Positions 31,076 to 40,369 of a DNA stretch of 64,000 bases are shown piece by piece. Source of the DNA: an uncultured delta proteobacterium (GTDB lineage Bacteria; Desulfobacterota; Binatia; HRBIN30; BPIQ01); contig CAVXGR010000004.1 in assembly GCA_963761335.1 (NCBI GenBank), positions 64,001-128,000 of the forward strand, read 5' to 3'. A model generated the notes under the pieces. It saw only the letters and a program-made list of their open reading frames with translations. It ran no database searches and was not told where the DNA came from. The position numbers and the translations under genes are program-made. Each line of letters opens with the position of its first letter. The stretch's first letter is position 1.

Positions 31076-31570
31076 ATGAACTCGCGCGCGATCACCATCG
31101 TCATCGGCGTCATCATCCTACTTCTCGGGCTCGTGGCGTTGATCTATCCCGAGCGCATCATGGGCCCCATCGGCCTGGCGGCGGCGAGTGATTCGGCGAA
31201 GGCGGCGGCGCTCGGCGAGATGCGCGCCACCTATGGCGGCCTCTTTGCGGTCATGGGCCTGTTCACCATATTCGCCGGCGTGCGACCGGCGACGCACCGC
31301 CTGCTCATTCTCTTCGTCAGCCTGATGTGGCTGGGTGCCGCCGGCGGCCGCCTGCTCGGCGTTCAGGTCAACGGCACTCCGGGGCTCTGGGGCTGGGGCT
31401 TCTTCAGCTTCGAGGTGGTCGTCGGCGCCGCCCTGCTGGTGGCCTGGTTCGGCGCCGCGGCGCCGCGCCGCGAGCCCGCCCGCACCGCGCCTCCGCCGCC
31501 CCCGCCGCCTCCTCTGCCACCGGCTTCGACCCCACCGTCAGCCAGCGACGCACCGCCTCCGGAGGTGTGA
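31076..31570 (+). CDS. DUF4345-like membrane protein with Pro-rich tail
   Basis: Four TM segments; EMRATYGG and GRLLG motifs. Confidence 0.75.
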   Translation: MNSRAITIVIGVIILLLGLVALIYPERIMGPIGLAAASDSAKAAALGEMRATYGGLFAVMGLFTIFAGVRPATHRLLILFVSLMWLGAAGGRLLGVQVNGTPGLWGWGFFSFEVVVGAALLVAWFGAAAPRREPARTAPPPPPPPPLPPASTPPSASDAPPPEV

Positions 31571-31608
31571 GGGGGCTTTGCCCAATGGGATGCCCGTTAG
31601 ATGCGGGC

Positions 31609-31692
31609 GGGTTGTTGGCTGCTGCGTTGTTAGGTTGTTAGGTCAATCATCCCTTCTTACCAACAACCAACAACCTAACAACCTAACAACCT
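31609..31692. repeat. Inverted octamer array (GGTTGTTA / AACCTAAC)
   Basis: gttgttaggttgttagg ... aacaacctaacaacctaacaacc between convergent genes. Confidence 0.8.
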
Positions 31693-31744
31693 TCGGCGGC
31701 GGTACCGTGGGCTCGATTGGTTGAGCAAAGGCGGTGTGAGGGGT

Positions 31745-32560
31745 CTACATGTAGTACCCGCCGTTCGGCGAGATCACCTGGCCGACGGTGTAGGTCGAAT
31801 CCTCGGAGGCCAGGTACACCGCCACGGCGGCGACCTCGGCGGTGGTGCCCAGGCGGCCGAGAGGTGTCTGGAAGGCGATGGCCGCGCGCATGCTCGGGTC
31901 CATGACGTCGAGCAGGGGTGTGTCGACGTAACCCGGGGCGATGGCGTTGACGTAGATTCCCCGCGGCGCCACCTCGCGGGCCACGGCCTTGGTGAGGCCG
32001 ATGATGCCCGCCTTGGCGGCGGAGTAGTCGGGGGCGCCGCCGAGGCCGGTGAGGCCGGCGATCGACGCCATGTTGATGATACGACCGCTGCCGCGGGCCT
32101 CCATCACCTTGAGCGCTTCGCGCGTGCAGTAGAACGTGCCGTCGAGGTGCACGGAGAGGGTGCGGCGCCACTGCGCGTCGGTCATCGTGCGCGCCGCGCC
32201 GACGCTCTCGGTGGGACGTTGCCCCGACATCAGCAGCCCCAGCTGGCGCGCCGAGCTCGCCCGCACCTCGTCGGACATCAAGGCAATGCCGGCGTTGTTC
32301 ACCAGGATGTCCAGGGATCCCAGCTCCGCTTCCAGCTCCTCGAAGAGCGCCGTCACCTCGACGCTGTCGGAGACGTCCGCCGGCAGCGCCAGGCTGCGTC
32401 GTCCGAGGCCGCGGATCTCCTCGGCGACGGCGGCGGCAGCGTCCTTCCGGATGTCGTTGACCGCCACGTCGGCGCCCTCGACCGCAAAGGCGCGGGCGAT
32501 CTCCTTGCCGATTCCCGATCCCGCCCCGGTGACCAGGGCAATGCGACCTCGCAGCTTCAT
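31745..32560 (-). CDS. SDR family oxidoreductase (FabG-like)
   Basis: TGAGSGIG, NNAG, YSAAK, NAIAPG. Confidence 0.93.
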   Translation of the reverse strand: MKLRGRIALVTGAGSGIGKEIARAFAVEGADVAVNDIRKDAAAAVAEEIRGLGRRSLALPADVSDSVEVTALFEELEAELGSLDILVNNAGIALMSDEVRASSARQLGLLMSGQRPTESVGAARTMTDAQWRRTLSVHLDGTFYCTREALKVMEARGSGRIINMASIAGLTGLGGAPDYSAAKAGIIGLTKAVAREVAPRGIYVNAIAPGYVDTPLLDVMDPSMRAAIAFQTPLGRLGTTAEVAAVAVYLASEDSTYTVGQVISPNGGYYM

Positions 32561-32931
32561 TCCAGATGCCTCCACAAGCCTCCCCAAGGCAGGCTCGCCG
32601 GAAGTTAGAGCAATGGATGAAGCTTGTCCACCTGTCCGGTTCTATTGCATAGAATTTCGTTGACGGCTTCCGCGACCTGCGCTATGGGTTGCGTTATGCC
32701 ATAGCGGCGGGCCACCGCTATGGATAAGGATGAACGGTACCCGCGACGTCATCGGCGCGGGCGCCGCGATTGCGGAAGGGTGGTTGGGAGTGATGAGGGA
32801 GACGGTCCCCCCGAGCGACTTTTGCGCCACTGCGCGGACGAAAATGCACGCCGCGCAGGTAGGGGCTTGGTCTTTGCGCGCTTTCGCCCACACCGGACGC
32901 AGTCGATTCGAGGCATTGACGCGATTGCATG

Positions 32932-32948
32932 CCGGCACCTGGTTTGCA
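32932..32948 (+). promoter_or_regulatory. Candidate sigma-54 promoter
   Basis: CCGGCACCTGGTTTGCA: GG(32934-32935)-N10-GC(32946-32947). Confidence 0.6.
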
Positions 32949-32985
32949 CATGCAGCGCGAGCAATCCCCAGTCGGAGGTAGAGTG

Positions 32986-33270
32986 ATGCCGAGACCAAGG
33001 TGCATTGGGACGCAGGTCGAACCCCGCACGTTGAAGTCGGAGGAGCAGCTGATGCTCGCGGTGTTCGAGCAGGCGGTGGTCGATCTCGACAACGGCTGCC
33101 CGGCTGTCCGCGCGGATGCGGAAGCGTACTTCTTTGCTTACGAGCCTGATTCGAGTGCTTTCAGCTTCGACGCGGTCTGCTACCAGTTCGGTTTTTCTCC
33201 AAGCGCGATTCGCCAGGCGCTGCGCAAGCGTCCGAAGGTGCGGCCGCTCGGAATGCAGCGGGCAGCGTAG
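32986..33270 (+). CDS. Small conserved-looking hypothetical protein
   Basis: GGAGG RBS; EEQLMLAVFEQAV..AEAYFF..FSFDAVC..FG..P..IRQAL pattern. Confidence 0.65.
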   Translation: MPRPRCIGTQVEPRTLKSEEQLMLAVFEQAVVDLDNGCPAVRADAEAYFFAYEPDSSAFSFDAVCYQFGFSPSAIRQALRKRPKVRPLGMQRAA

Positions 33271-33354
33271 GTACTGATCTTTTCGTTTACCAATTCGATG
33301 GTCGCATGCTGCGCGATTTGACCCAGGATTGGGTTCAAGCACGCAGACAGCGTC

Positions 33355-33954
33355 TCACCGGTGCGCGTGCCGCCCCCAGGCGGCCTCGACGCGGCCGCGC
33401 AGCTCCTCGATCGAGCCGGTGTTTTCGATGACCACGGCGGCGTGGCGCTGCCGCTCGTCGTCGGTGATCTGGGAGGCGACCCGGGCGGCGATCTGACTTG
33501 GCGGTAGGCCGCGCTCGGCGTGGACGCGGTCGATCACCGCTTCCGGAGTAGCCGTCACTACCCAGACCTCGTCGACCAGGGGAGTCCAGTTGGCCTCGAT
33601 GAGGACGGCCGCCTCGACGACGATCGGCTGCGTGCTGCCGGCGGCGCGCCTGGCAGCGATCTGCTCCTGAACGGCGCCGGCGATGAGGGGGTGGACGATG
33701 GCGTTCAATCGCGCCAGCGCCCGCGGGTCGGCGAAGACGATGGCGGCGAGCCGTTTGCGATCGATGTGGCCGTCCTCGCCCACCACCCCGGCTCCGAAGC
33801 TCTCGACGATGGAATGCCAGCCGGCGCACCCCGGCTCATAGACCTGATGGCCGACCAGATCGGCGTTGATGATCTCGGCGCCGAGGTCCGCGAGAATCCG
33901 GGCGACGGTGCTCTTGCCGCTGCCGATGCCGCCGGTCAGGCCGATAGTTCGCAT
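33355..33954 (-). CDS. coaE: Dephospho-CoA kinase
   Basis: IGLTGGIGSGKSTV, IDRKRLAAIVF, LNAIVHP. Confidence 0.95.
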   Translation of the reverse strand: MRTIGLTGGIGSGKSTVARILADLGAEIINADLVGHQVYEPGCAGWHSIVESFGAGVVGEDGHIDRKRLAAIVFADPRALARLNAIVHPLIAGAVQEQIAARRAAGSTQPIVVEAAVLIEANWTPLVDEVWVVTATPEAVIDRVHAERGLPPSQIAARVASQITDDERQRHAAVVIENTGSIEELRGRVEAAWGRHAHR

Positions 33955-33980
33955 GCGCGCCTGACCCCCCGGCGACGGGT

Positions 33981-34024
33981 CCCCTCTCCCGCGGTCTTTT
34001 CGCGGGAGAGGGTCAGGGTGAGGG
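33981..34024. repeat. Palindromic CCCTCTCCC...GGGAGAGGG element
   Basis: cccctctcccgcggtcttttcgcgggagagggtcagggtgaggg hairpin; single copy in the window. Confidence 0.55.
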
Positions 34025-34044
34025 CTGTCGGGAGCCGATCCAAC

Positions 34045-35130
34045 TCAGCTCGCCCACGGCAGCTGAACGCCGGCCGCCTGCAGGCGGCTGAAGAAGCTGA
34101 TCAGCGCCGGGGGCATGGCCGTTTCCTCCTCCTCGGTCGAGTCGGGGAGTGACTCGAAGTCGAGGATATCGAGCTCGGCGAACTTCTGCCGCACCTTCGG
34201 GGTGAGCAGGCCGAGGCGCTTCAGGTTGGGGACGATCTTGGAGAAGAGGATCTGCCGGAAGCCGATCATGAACGGCGTGCTCAGCGACCACGGCATCCAC
34301 ACCTTGGGGTCGAGGCCGATGCGCGGCCAGACCTCTTCCATCAGCAGGCGGTCGCGCATCAGCACGGTCGCCTCGATGACGAACTCCTCGCGCTCGCGCA
34401 GCTCGGTCGACGACATCTCCTTGGTGTAGAGATCCTGGAGCGACAGCACTCCGAAGGCCACGTGACGCGCCTCATCGCGCATCACGGCCGCGGTGATCTG
34501 CTGGATGAGCGGCTCGTCCGCCTGGGTGAAGCGCATGATCCCGAAGGCGGCGAGCGCCAGGCCCTCGACCATGATCTGCATGCCCAGGTAGATCATGTCC
34601 CAGCGCGATTCGGAGATGATCTGGCTGAGGAGGGTGTGCAGATGCGGATTGACGGCGTAGCTCAGCCCCATCTTCTCGGTGAGGTAGCGGCGGTACACCT
34701 CGACGTGACGGGCTTCGTCGGCGACCTGATTGGCGGCGTAGAACTTCGCCTCGAGCCAGGGGACGGTGTTGACGATCTCGGCGGTGGCCAGCAGCGCCCC
34801 CTGCTCGCCGTGCATGAACTGCGACAGCATCCAGGCATTCATGTGATGGTTCATGCGGCTGCGCGTTGCTCGGTCGAGCTTCTCGGGAGGGTTGAGCACC
34901 GAATCGAAGGCCTCGGTGTCCTCGACACGGATGCGCTCGGGGTCGACGTCGATCGACCAGTCGATGTCCGTGGAGGCGTTCCACTGGAGCTTCTTGCCCT
35001 TCTCGTACAGACGCAGTAGCTCGTCGTGGCGCACCTTGTAGTCCCAGTTGAAGATGGTCGGGTACGACGTGCCGACGCTCTCCTGCTGCCCGGCCGGCGG
35101 TAGCTCGATGTCTCGAATGACGGCGCTCAT
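34045..35130 (-). CDS. AurF-like ferritin-fold di-iron oxygenase
   Basis: LYEKGKKLQW, SQFMHGEQGAL, DEARHVE, QIMVEGLA, DEARHVAFG. Confidence 0.85.
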   Translation of the reverse strand: MSAVIRDIELPPAGQQESVGTSYPTIFNWDYKVRHDELLRLYEKGKKLQWNASTDIDWSIDVDPERIRVEDTEAFDSVLNPPEKLDRATRSRMNHHMNAWMLSQFMHGEQGALLATAEIVNTVPWLEAKFYAANQVADEARHVEVYRRYLTEKMGLSYAVNPHLHTLLSQIISESRWDMIYLGMQIMVEGLALAAFGIMRFTQADEPLIQQITAAVMRDEARHVAFGVLSLQDLYTKEMSSTELREREEFVIEATVLMRDRLLMEEVWPRIGLDPKVWMPWSLSTPFMIGFRQILFSKIVPNLKRLGLLTPKVRQKFAELDILDFESLPDSTEEEETAMPPALISFFSRLQAAGVQLPWAS

Positions 35131-35192
35131 CTCGATAGTCTCCCCTTCGAGTGCAGAGTTTCTTCGTTGCTGTCCGGAAGGCGTTCGACTAT

Positions 35193-35222
35193 ATGAGTAA
35201 ATACTCGCGTTTTCAACTCGCA
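35193..35222. promoter_or_regulatory. Candidate TetR operator
   Basis: GAGTA-AA-TACTC palindrome (35195-35206) and a second ACTCGC half-site, between the divergent oxygenase and tetR genes. Confidence 0.55.
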
Positions 35223-35296
35223 TTCGGCGAGGGCGTTCCCTTTCCCGGACCGGTGAGAAGGAGCCCTCGCTGGCAACGATGTACGCGGGAACCGAT

Positions 35297-35980
35297 ATGA
35301 GCGAACGACAACGCCGAGCCAAGCCGGGGAACCGCCGAACCGTCGCCCGAAAGAAGCCGCTGCAGGCGCGCAGCCAACAGACGGTCACCGCCATTCTCGA
35401 CGCCGCGGCTCGCGTTTTCGCCGAGCGCGGCTATGCATCGACGACCACCAATCACATCGCCGAATGCGCCGGCGTGTCGATCGGCTCGCTCTATCAGTAC
35501 TTCCCCTCCAAGGACGCGGTGCTGGTCGCCCTCGCGGAGCGGCACGTCGAGCACACCTTTGCGGCAATCCTGGAAGAGGTGCGCAGCAAGCGCGAGGCTC
35601 CCGTCCCCGAGCTGCTGCGAGCCCTGGTGGACGCGCTGGTGCGCGCCCACCAGATCGAGCCCCGCCTGCACCGCGTCCTCTTCGAGGAGGCGCACGTCAT
35701 CGACAGCGAGTTCAGCCGGCGCCTGGAAGAGCTCGATCGCAAGGCCATTCAGCTGGCGCGGGATCTGATCGAGGAGCGCTGTGCCGAGCTGGCGATCGAG
35801 AACCCGGAGATGGCCAGCTTCATCGTCGTCCAGGTTCTCGAGGGTCTCACTCATGCCGTGGTGGTGCGCCACCCGAATGTTCTCGGAACCGCCGCCTTTG
35901 GCGACGAGCTCGTGCGCCTCCTGCACGCCTACCTGATGGGCGGGAGCCCACTTGCTTCCGCGAGCCGCGCCGCTTCCTGA
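35297..35980 (+). CDS. TetR/AcrR family transcriptional regulator
   Basis: RKKPLQARS, TTTNHIAECAGVSIGSLYQYFPSK helix-turn-helix. Confidence 0.93.
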   Translation: MSERQRRAKPGNRRTVARKKPLQARSQQTVTAILDAAARVFAERGYASTTTNHIAECAGVSIGSLYQYFPSKDAVLVALAERHVEHTFAAILEEVRSKREAPVPELLRALVDALVRAHQIEPRLHRVLFEEAHVIDSEFSRRLEELDRKAIQLARDLIEERCAELAIENPEMASFIVVQVLEGLTHAVVVRHPNVLGTAAFGDELVRLLHAYLMGGSPLASASRAAS

Positions 35981-36006
35981 GGGGCAGCGCAGATCGGAGA
36001 GAGAAT

Positions 36007-36984
36007 ATGCGAGCCATCGTTTTCGATCAGCCCGGTGACGAGAGTGTGCTGCACCTGGGAGATGCCCCGTCGCCGCCGATGGCGGCCACCGACCTGCGCA
36101 TCCGCGTGCGCGGCACCGCCGTCAACCGCGCCGATCTGCTGCAACGCCAAGGAATGTACCCGCCCCCGCCGGGAGCCTCGGAGATCCTCGGGCTGGAGTG
36201 TGCCGGTGAGGTGGTCGAGGTGGGCGGCGAGGTGAGCGGTTGGAAGCGGGGCGAGCGCGCCATGGCGCTTCTCGCCGGGGGCGGCTACGCCGAGGAGGCG
36301 GTGGTTCACGCCGGCTCGGCGCTGCATGTGCCGGAGGCCCTGTCCGACCAGGAGGCCGGCGCCATGCCCGAGGTCTTTCTCACGGCCTTCCTCAACATCT
36401 TCCTGCTCGGCAACCCGGCGGCCGCCGGCAGCGTTCTCGTGCACGGCGGCGGCAGCGGCGTCGGCACCGCGGCCACCACTCTGTGCAACGAGGCCGGGCT
36501 GCGGGTGCTGGTGACCGCGGGCAGCGACGAGAAGTGCGAGCGCTGCCGCGAGCACGGCGCCGACGTGGCGATCAACTACCGCACCCAGTCGTTCGCCGAG
36601 GAGGTGCGCAAGGAGACCGGTGGCACCGGCGTCGACGTCGTCCTCGACTGCGTCGGCGGCCGCTATCTGGGGGACAACATCGCCTGCCTCTCCACCGAGG
36701 GACGCCTGGTGATCATCGGCCTCATGGGCGGCGCCCGCGCCGAGGTCAACCTCGTCTCGCTGCTGGTGAATCGCCTTCAGGTCATCGGCTCGACCCTGCG
36801 CACGCGCTCGGTCGAGGAGAAGGCCCACATCGTCCAGTCCTTCGAATCGCAGTTCGGTGAGGCCCTGCGCGCTGGCCGCCTGCGCCCCGTCATCGACCAA
36901 GTCCTCCCGCTGTCGGAGGCCGCCGAAGCCCATCGCATCGTCCAGCGCGACGAGCACTTCGGCAAGGTCGCTCTGAAAGTATAG
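36007..36984 (+). CDS. NAD(P)H-quinone oxidoreductase (PIG3-type MDR family)
   Basis: VNRADLLQRQGMYPPPPGASEILGLEC, HGGGSGVG, GSTLR, HFGKV. Confidence 0.93.
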   Translation: MRAIVFDQPGDESVLHLGDAPSPPMAATDLRIRVRGTAVNRADLLQRQGMYPPPPGASEILGLECAGEVVEVGGEVSGWKRGERAMALLAGGGYAEEAVVHAGSALHVPEALSDQEAGAMPEVFLTAFLNIFLLGNPAAAGSVLVHGGGSGVGTAATTLCNEAGLRVLVTAGSDEKCERCREHGADVAINYRTQSFAEEVRKETGGTGVDVVLDCVGGRYLGDNIACLSTEGRLVIIGLMGGARAEVNLVSLLVNRLQVIGSTLRTRSVEEKAHIVQSFESQFGEALRAGRLRPVIDQVLPLSEAAEAHRIVQRDEHFGKVALKV

Positions 36985-37164
36985 GTTGTTGGGTTGTTAG
37001 GTTGTTAGGTTGTGGTGGTTCTCTATCCAAGAACCTAACAACTCAACAACTCAACAACCTAACAACCTAACAACCTAACAACCTAACAACCTAACAACCT
37101 AACAACCTAACAACCTAACAACCTAACAACCTAACAACCTAACAACCTAACAACCTAACAACCT
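36984..37164. repeat. Octamer tandem repeat (AACCTAAC)n with inverted left arm
   Basis: 13 consecutive perfect copies at 37056-37159 plus 3 preceding units, opposite about 3 GGTTGTTA-type units. Confidence 0.95.
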
Positions 37165-37175
37165 GCCTCTCTCCC

Positions 37176-38408
37176 TCACTCGTAGCGGAGCGCGGAGATC
37201 GGATCCAATCTCGCCGCTTGGCGGGCGGGATAGATGCCGAAGAAGAGGCCGATGGCGCCGGAGAAGACGAGGGCGCCGCCGACGGCGAGGGGAGAGATGA
37301 CCACCGGCCAGTGCGCCAGGCCGGCGACCCCCTTTGCGGCCAGGACTCCCAGGGCGACGCCGCCGACGCCGCCGGCGCTGCTGAGAACCACGGACTCCAC
37401 CAGAAACTGCGCCAGGATGTGGCGCGCCTTGGCGCCGACGGCGCGGCGGATGCCGATCTCTCTGGTGCGCTCCGCCACCGACACCAGCAGGATGTTCATG
37501 ATGCCGATGCCGCCGACCAGCAGCGAGATGGCGGCGACGCTGCCGAGAAGCCAGGTCATGGTGCGCCCCGTGGACGCGAAGGCGTTGGCGATCTCCTCGG
37601 TGTTGCGCACCGTGAAGTCCTCCTCCTGGCCCTTGGCGATGTGGTGCCGCTGCCGCAGCAACACGGCGATGTCGTCGGAGACCTGGTCGAGATCCGCCCG
37701 CGCCTTTCCCTTGACGAAGATCTGGTCGACGATGCCGAGAATGGCGGAGCCCAGCACGCGGCGCTCGGCGGTGCTGAAGGGCACCAGGACCACGTCGTCC
37801 TGGTCCTGTCCCCACATCGTCTGCCCGCGCTCCTCCAGCACGCCGATGACGCGCAGGGGGACGTTCTTGACGCGGATGATGGCGCCAACGGGGTCCTGCC
37901 CGAGGCCGAACACCTTCTCCACCACCGTCTGCCCCAGGACGCAGACCTTGGCGACGGTGTCCTCCTCGCGCTGCGTATAGAAGCGCCCGACGGACACCGG
38001 CCAGTCGCGCACCACGGTAAACTCCGGATTGGCTCCGGTGACCACCGTGCTCCAGTTCTGGTTGCCGTTCACCACCTGCACGATCTCGCGGTCGAAGTAG
38101 GCCACCGCCTCGACGCCGGGGACCTCGACCCGGATGGCGCGGGCATCGGCCTCGGTGAGCGTCGACGCCCCTCCCCAGCCCGAGCGGGCGCCTCCCGAGG
38201 TGGTGGCGCCGGGGTAAATCATCAGGACGTTGCTGCCGAGGCTGGAGATCTGCTGCTGCACGGTGATCGCCGCCCCCTGGCCGATGGACACCATGGCGAC
38301 CACGGCGCCGACTCCGAAGACGATGCCGATGGTGGTCAGCGCCGAGCGCATCTTGTTGCGACTCAGTGCCCGCAACGCCAGCTGCAGAGTCATGCGCGCG
38401 AACTTCAT
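37176..38408 (-). CDS. MacB-like ABC transporter permease
   Basis: [42 protein letters not shown]. Confidence 0.93.
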   Translation of the reverse strand: MKFARMTLQLALRALSRNKMRSALTTIGIVFGVGAVVAMVSIGQGAAITVQQQISSLGSNVLMIYPGATTSGGARSGWGGASTLTEADARAIRVEVPGVEAVAYFDREIVQVVNGNQNWSTVVTGANPEFTVVRDWPVSVGRFYTQREEDTVAKVCVLGQTVVEKVFGLGQDPVGAIIRVKNVPLRVIGVLEERGQTMWGQDQDDVVLVPFSTAERRVLGSAILGIVDQIFVKGKARADLDQVSDDIAVLLRQRHHIAKGQEEDFTVRNTEEIANAFASTGRTMTWLLGSVAAISLLVGGIGIMNILLVSVAERTREIGIRRAVGAKARHILAQFLVESVVLSSAGGVGGVALGVLAAKGVAGLAHWPVVISPLAVGGALVFSGAIGLFFGIYPARQAARLDPISALRYE

Positions 38409-39130
38409 TGGCGGCGCTCCTCGCTGACGATGCGCCCGTCGCGGAAGACGATGCGGCGACGGGCGAAGGCGGCCACCTCGGCCTCGTGGGTGACCACCAG
38501 CAGGGTGATTGCCTCGTCGCGGTTGAGATTCTGAAAAAGGGTCATGATCTCGTTGCTGCTGCCGCTGTCGAGGTTCCCGGTGGGCTCGTCGGCGAGGATG
38601 ATTGTCGGCCGGTTGACCAGCGCCCGAGCGATGGCGACCCGCTGCTGCTGTCCTCCGGAGAGCTGGCTGGGATAGTGGCCGGCACGGTCCGAGAGCCCGA
38701 CGCGGCCGAGCGCCTCCATGGCGCGCTGGTGCTGCTGGGCGAGGGGCAAGGTGCCGTAGTAGAGCGGCAGCTCGACGTTCTCGAGCGCCGTCGTGCGCGG
38801 CAGCAGGTTGAAGCTCTGGAAGACGAAGCCCAGAGTGCGATTGCGCAGCTCGGCGAGCTCGTCGGCGCTGAGGCGGCCGACGTCCCTGCCGTCGAGCAGA
38901 TAGCGCCCGCTGGTCGGCCGATCCAGGCAGCCGAGGATGTTCATGAAGGTCGACTTGCCCGAGCCGGAAGCGCCCATGATGGCGACGAACTCGCCGCGCT
39001 CGGCCCGCAGGGTGACGCCGCGCAGCGCCTGCACCTCGGTGTCGCCCATCCGGTAGGTGCGGGTCAGGTCGTTTGCCTCGATCAGCCCGGCCGCGGGGCC
39101 CGGAACGGCGCCGGCAGGCGCGGCGGTCAT
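38405..39130 (-). CDS. ABC ATP-binding protein (MacB/LolD type)
   Basis: [27 protein letters not shown]. Confidence 0.95.
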   Translation of the reverse strand: MTAAPAGAVPGPAAGLIEANDLTRTYRMGDTEVQALRGVTLRAERGEFVAIMGASGSGKSTFMNILGCLDRPTSGRYLLDGRDVGRLSADELAELRNRTLGFVFQSFNLLPRTTALENVELPLYYGTLPLAQQHQRAMEALGRVGLSDRAGHYPSQLSGGQQQRVAIARALVNRPTIILADEPTGNLDSGSSNEIMTLFQNLNRDEAITLLVVTHEAEVAAFARRRIVFRDGRIVSEERRQ

Positions 39131-40362
39131 TTCTTGCTCTTGCCGCGGCGGAAGCTCGGCATGCCGAGCACCTGCGGCGCTTCCTCGGGGCTACCGGTCT
39201 GGCGCAGGGCGACGATCACGCGCTCGCCGGCGCGCAGGTCGCCGCCGGTCACCTCGGCGTACTGCTCGTTGGCGATGCCCGTATCGACGGCAACGGGCTT
39301 TGGCGCGCCGTCGGCGGCCAACTGCCAGACGGTCTTCTCCGCGGCGCCGGGGCTCGCTGCGGCCGTCGGCTGCGGCACCGACGGCGGCCGGAAGCGCAGC
39401 GCCGCCAGCGGCACGCGCAGGACGTTCTCGCGATGGGCGGTGACGATGGAGACATTGGCGGTCATTCCCGGCCGCAGCTTCAGCTCGCGGTTGTCGACGG
39501 AGACGATGACGTCGTAGGTGACCACGTTCTGCACCGTCAGCGGGGCGTTGCGCACCTGGGTCACCGTGCCCTCGAACGGGGTGTCCGGAAAGGCATCGAC
39601 GGTGAAGGTGGCGGCGTCGCCTTCGGACACCGCCCCGATGTCGGACTCCGAGACGTTGGCGTTGACCTGCATCTTGGTGAGGTCCTCGGCGATGAGAAAG
39701 AGGGTCGGAGTCTGAAAGCTGGCGGCCACGGTCTGGCCCACGTCGACGTTGCGGCTGACGACGATGCCGTCGACCGGAGACTCGATGCGGGTGTAGTCGA
39801 GCTGTACCTTGGCCTCCTCCAGGGCGCCCTCGGCCTGCTTCACCTGCGCCTGGTCGAGCTGCATCTGCGCCTTCGCCTGCTCCACCGCGGACTCGGCCTC
39901 GTCGAGCTCAGCGCGGGAGATCAGGTGCTGGGCGAACAGCTCGCGGGAGCGCCGCAGGGTCTTCTGCTTCAGGTCGAGGTCGGCGCGGTCTTTCTCGACC
40001 CGCGCCCGGGCGTTGGCGAGGCTGGCCTCGGCCTGATCGACGCGCAGCTGGAACGGCTTCGGATCGATCTCGGCGATCCGCTGCCCCTTCTTCACCGGCG
40101 AGTTGTAATCGACGTAGATCTTCTGGATGGGGCCCGAGACGTAGGTGCCCACCTGAACCGTGGCCACCGGGTTGACCGTGCCGGTGGCGGTGACCACCAC
40201 GTCGATGTCGCCGCGATCGAGTGCCGTGGTCACGTACTCGACGGCACCCTTGCCGTTCCCCACGGCCCGCAGGGCAGCAAAGGCGACGGCCGCGGCGATC
40301 ACCAGCGCCGTCAGCAGGAGGAGAAGACGCCGGCCCGCCGCGCCTGTGCGGGAGTGGAGCAC
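39127..40362 (-). CDS. MacA-like periplasmic adaptor subunit
   Basis: [38 protein letters not shown]. Confidence 0.92.
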   Translation of the reverse strand: MLHSRTGAAGRRLLLLLTALVIAAAVAFAALRAVGNGKGAVEYVTTALDRGDIDVVVTATGTVNPVATVQVGTYVSGPIQKIYVDYNSPVKKGQRIAEIDPKPFQLRVDQAEASLANARARVEKDRADLDLKQKTLRRSRELFAQHLISRAELDEAESAVEQAKAQMQLDQAQVKQAEGALEEAKVQLDYTRIESPVDGIVVSRNVDVGQTVAASFQTPTLFLIAEDLTKMQVNANVSESDIGAVSEGDAATFTVDAFPDTPFEGTVTQVRNAPLTVQNVVTYDVIVSVDNRELKLRPGMTANVSIVTAHRENVLRVPLAALRFRPPSVPQPTAAASPGAAEKTVWQLAADGAPKPVAVDTGIANEQYAEVTGGDLRAGERVIVALRQTGSPEEAPQVLGMPSFRRGKSKK

Positions 40363-40369
40363 GCCGGCG

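Noticed and set aside
37032..37164. TTAGG-containing array as a telomere or eukaryotic contamination
   Set aside because: The unit is 8 bp, internal, flanked by intact bacterial genes, and recurs at 31.6 kb.
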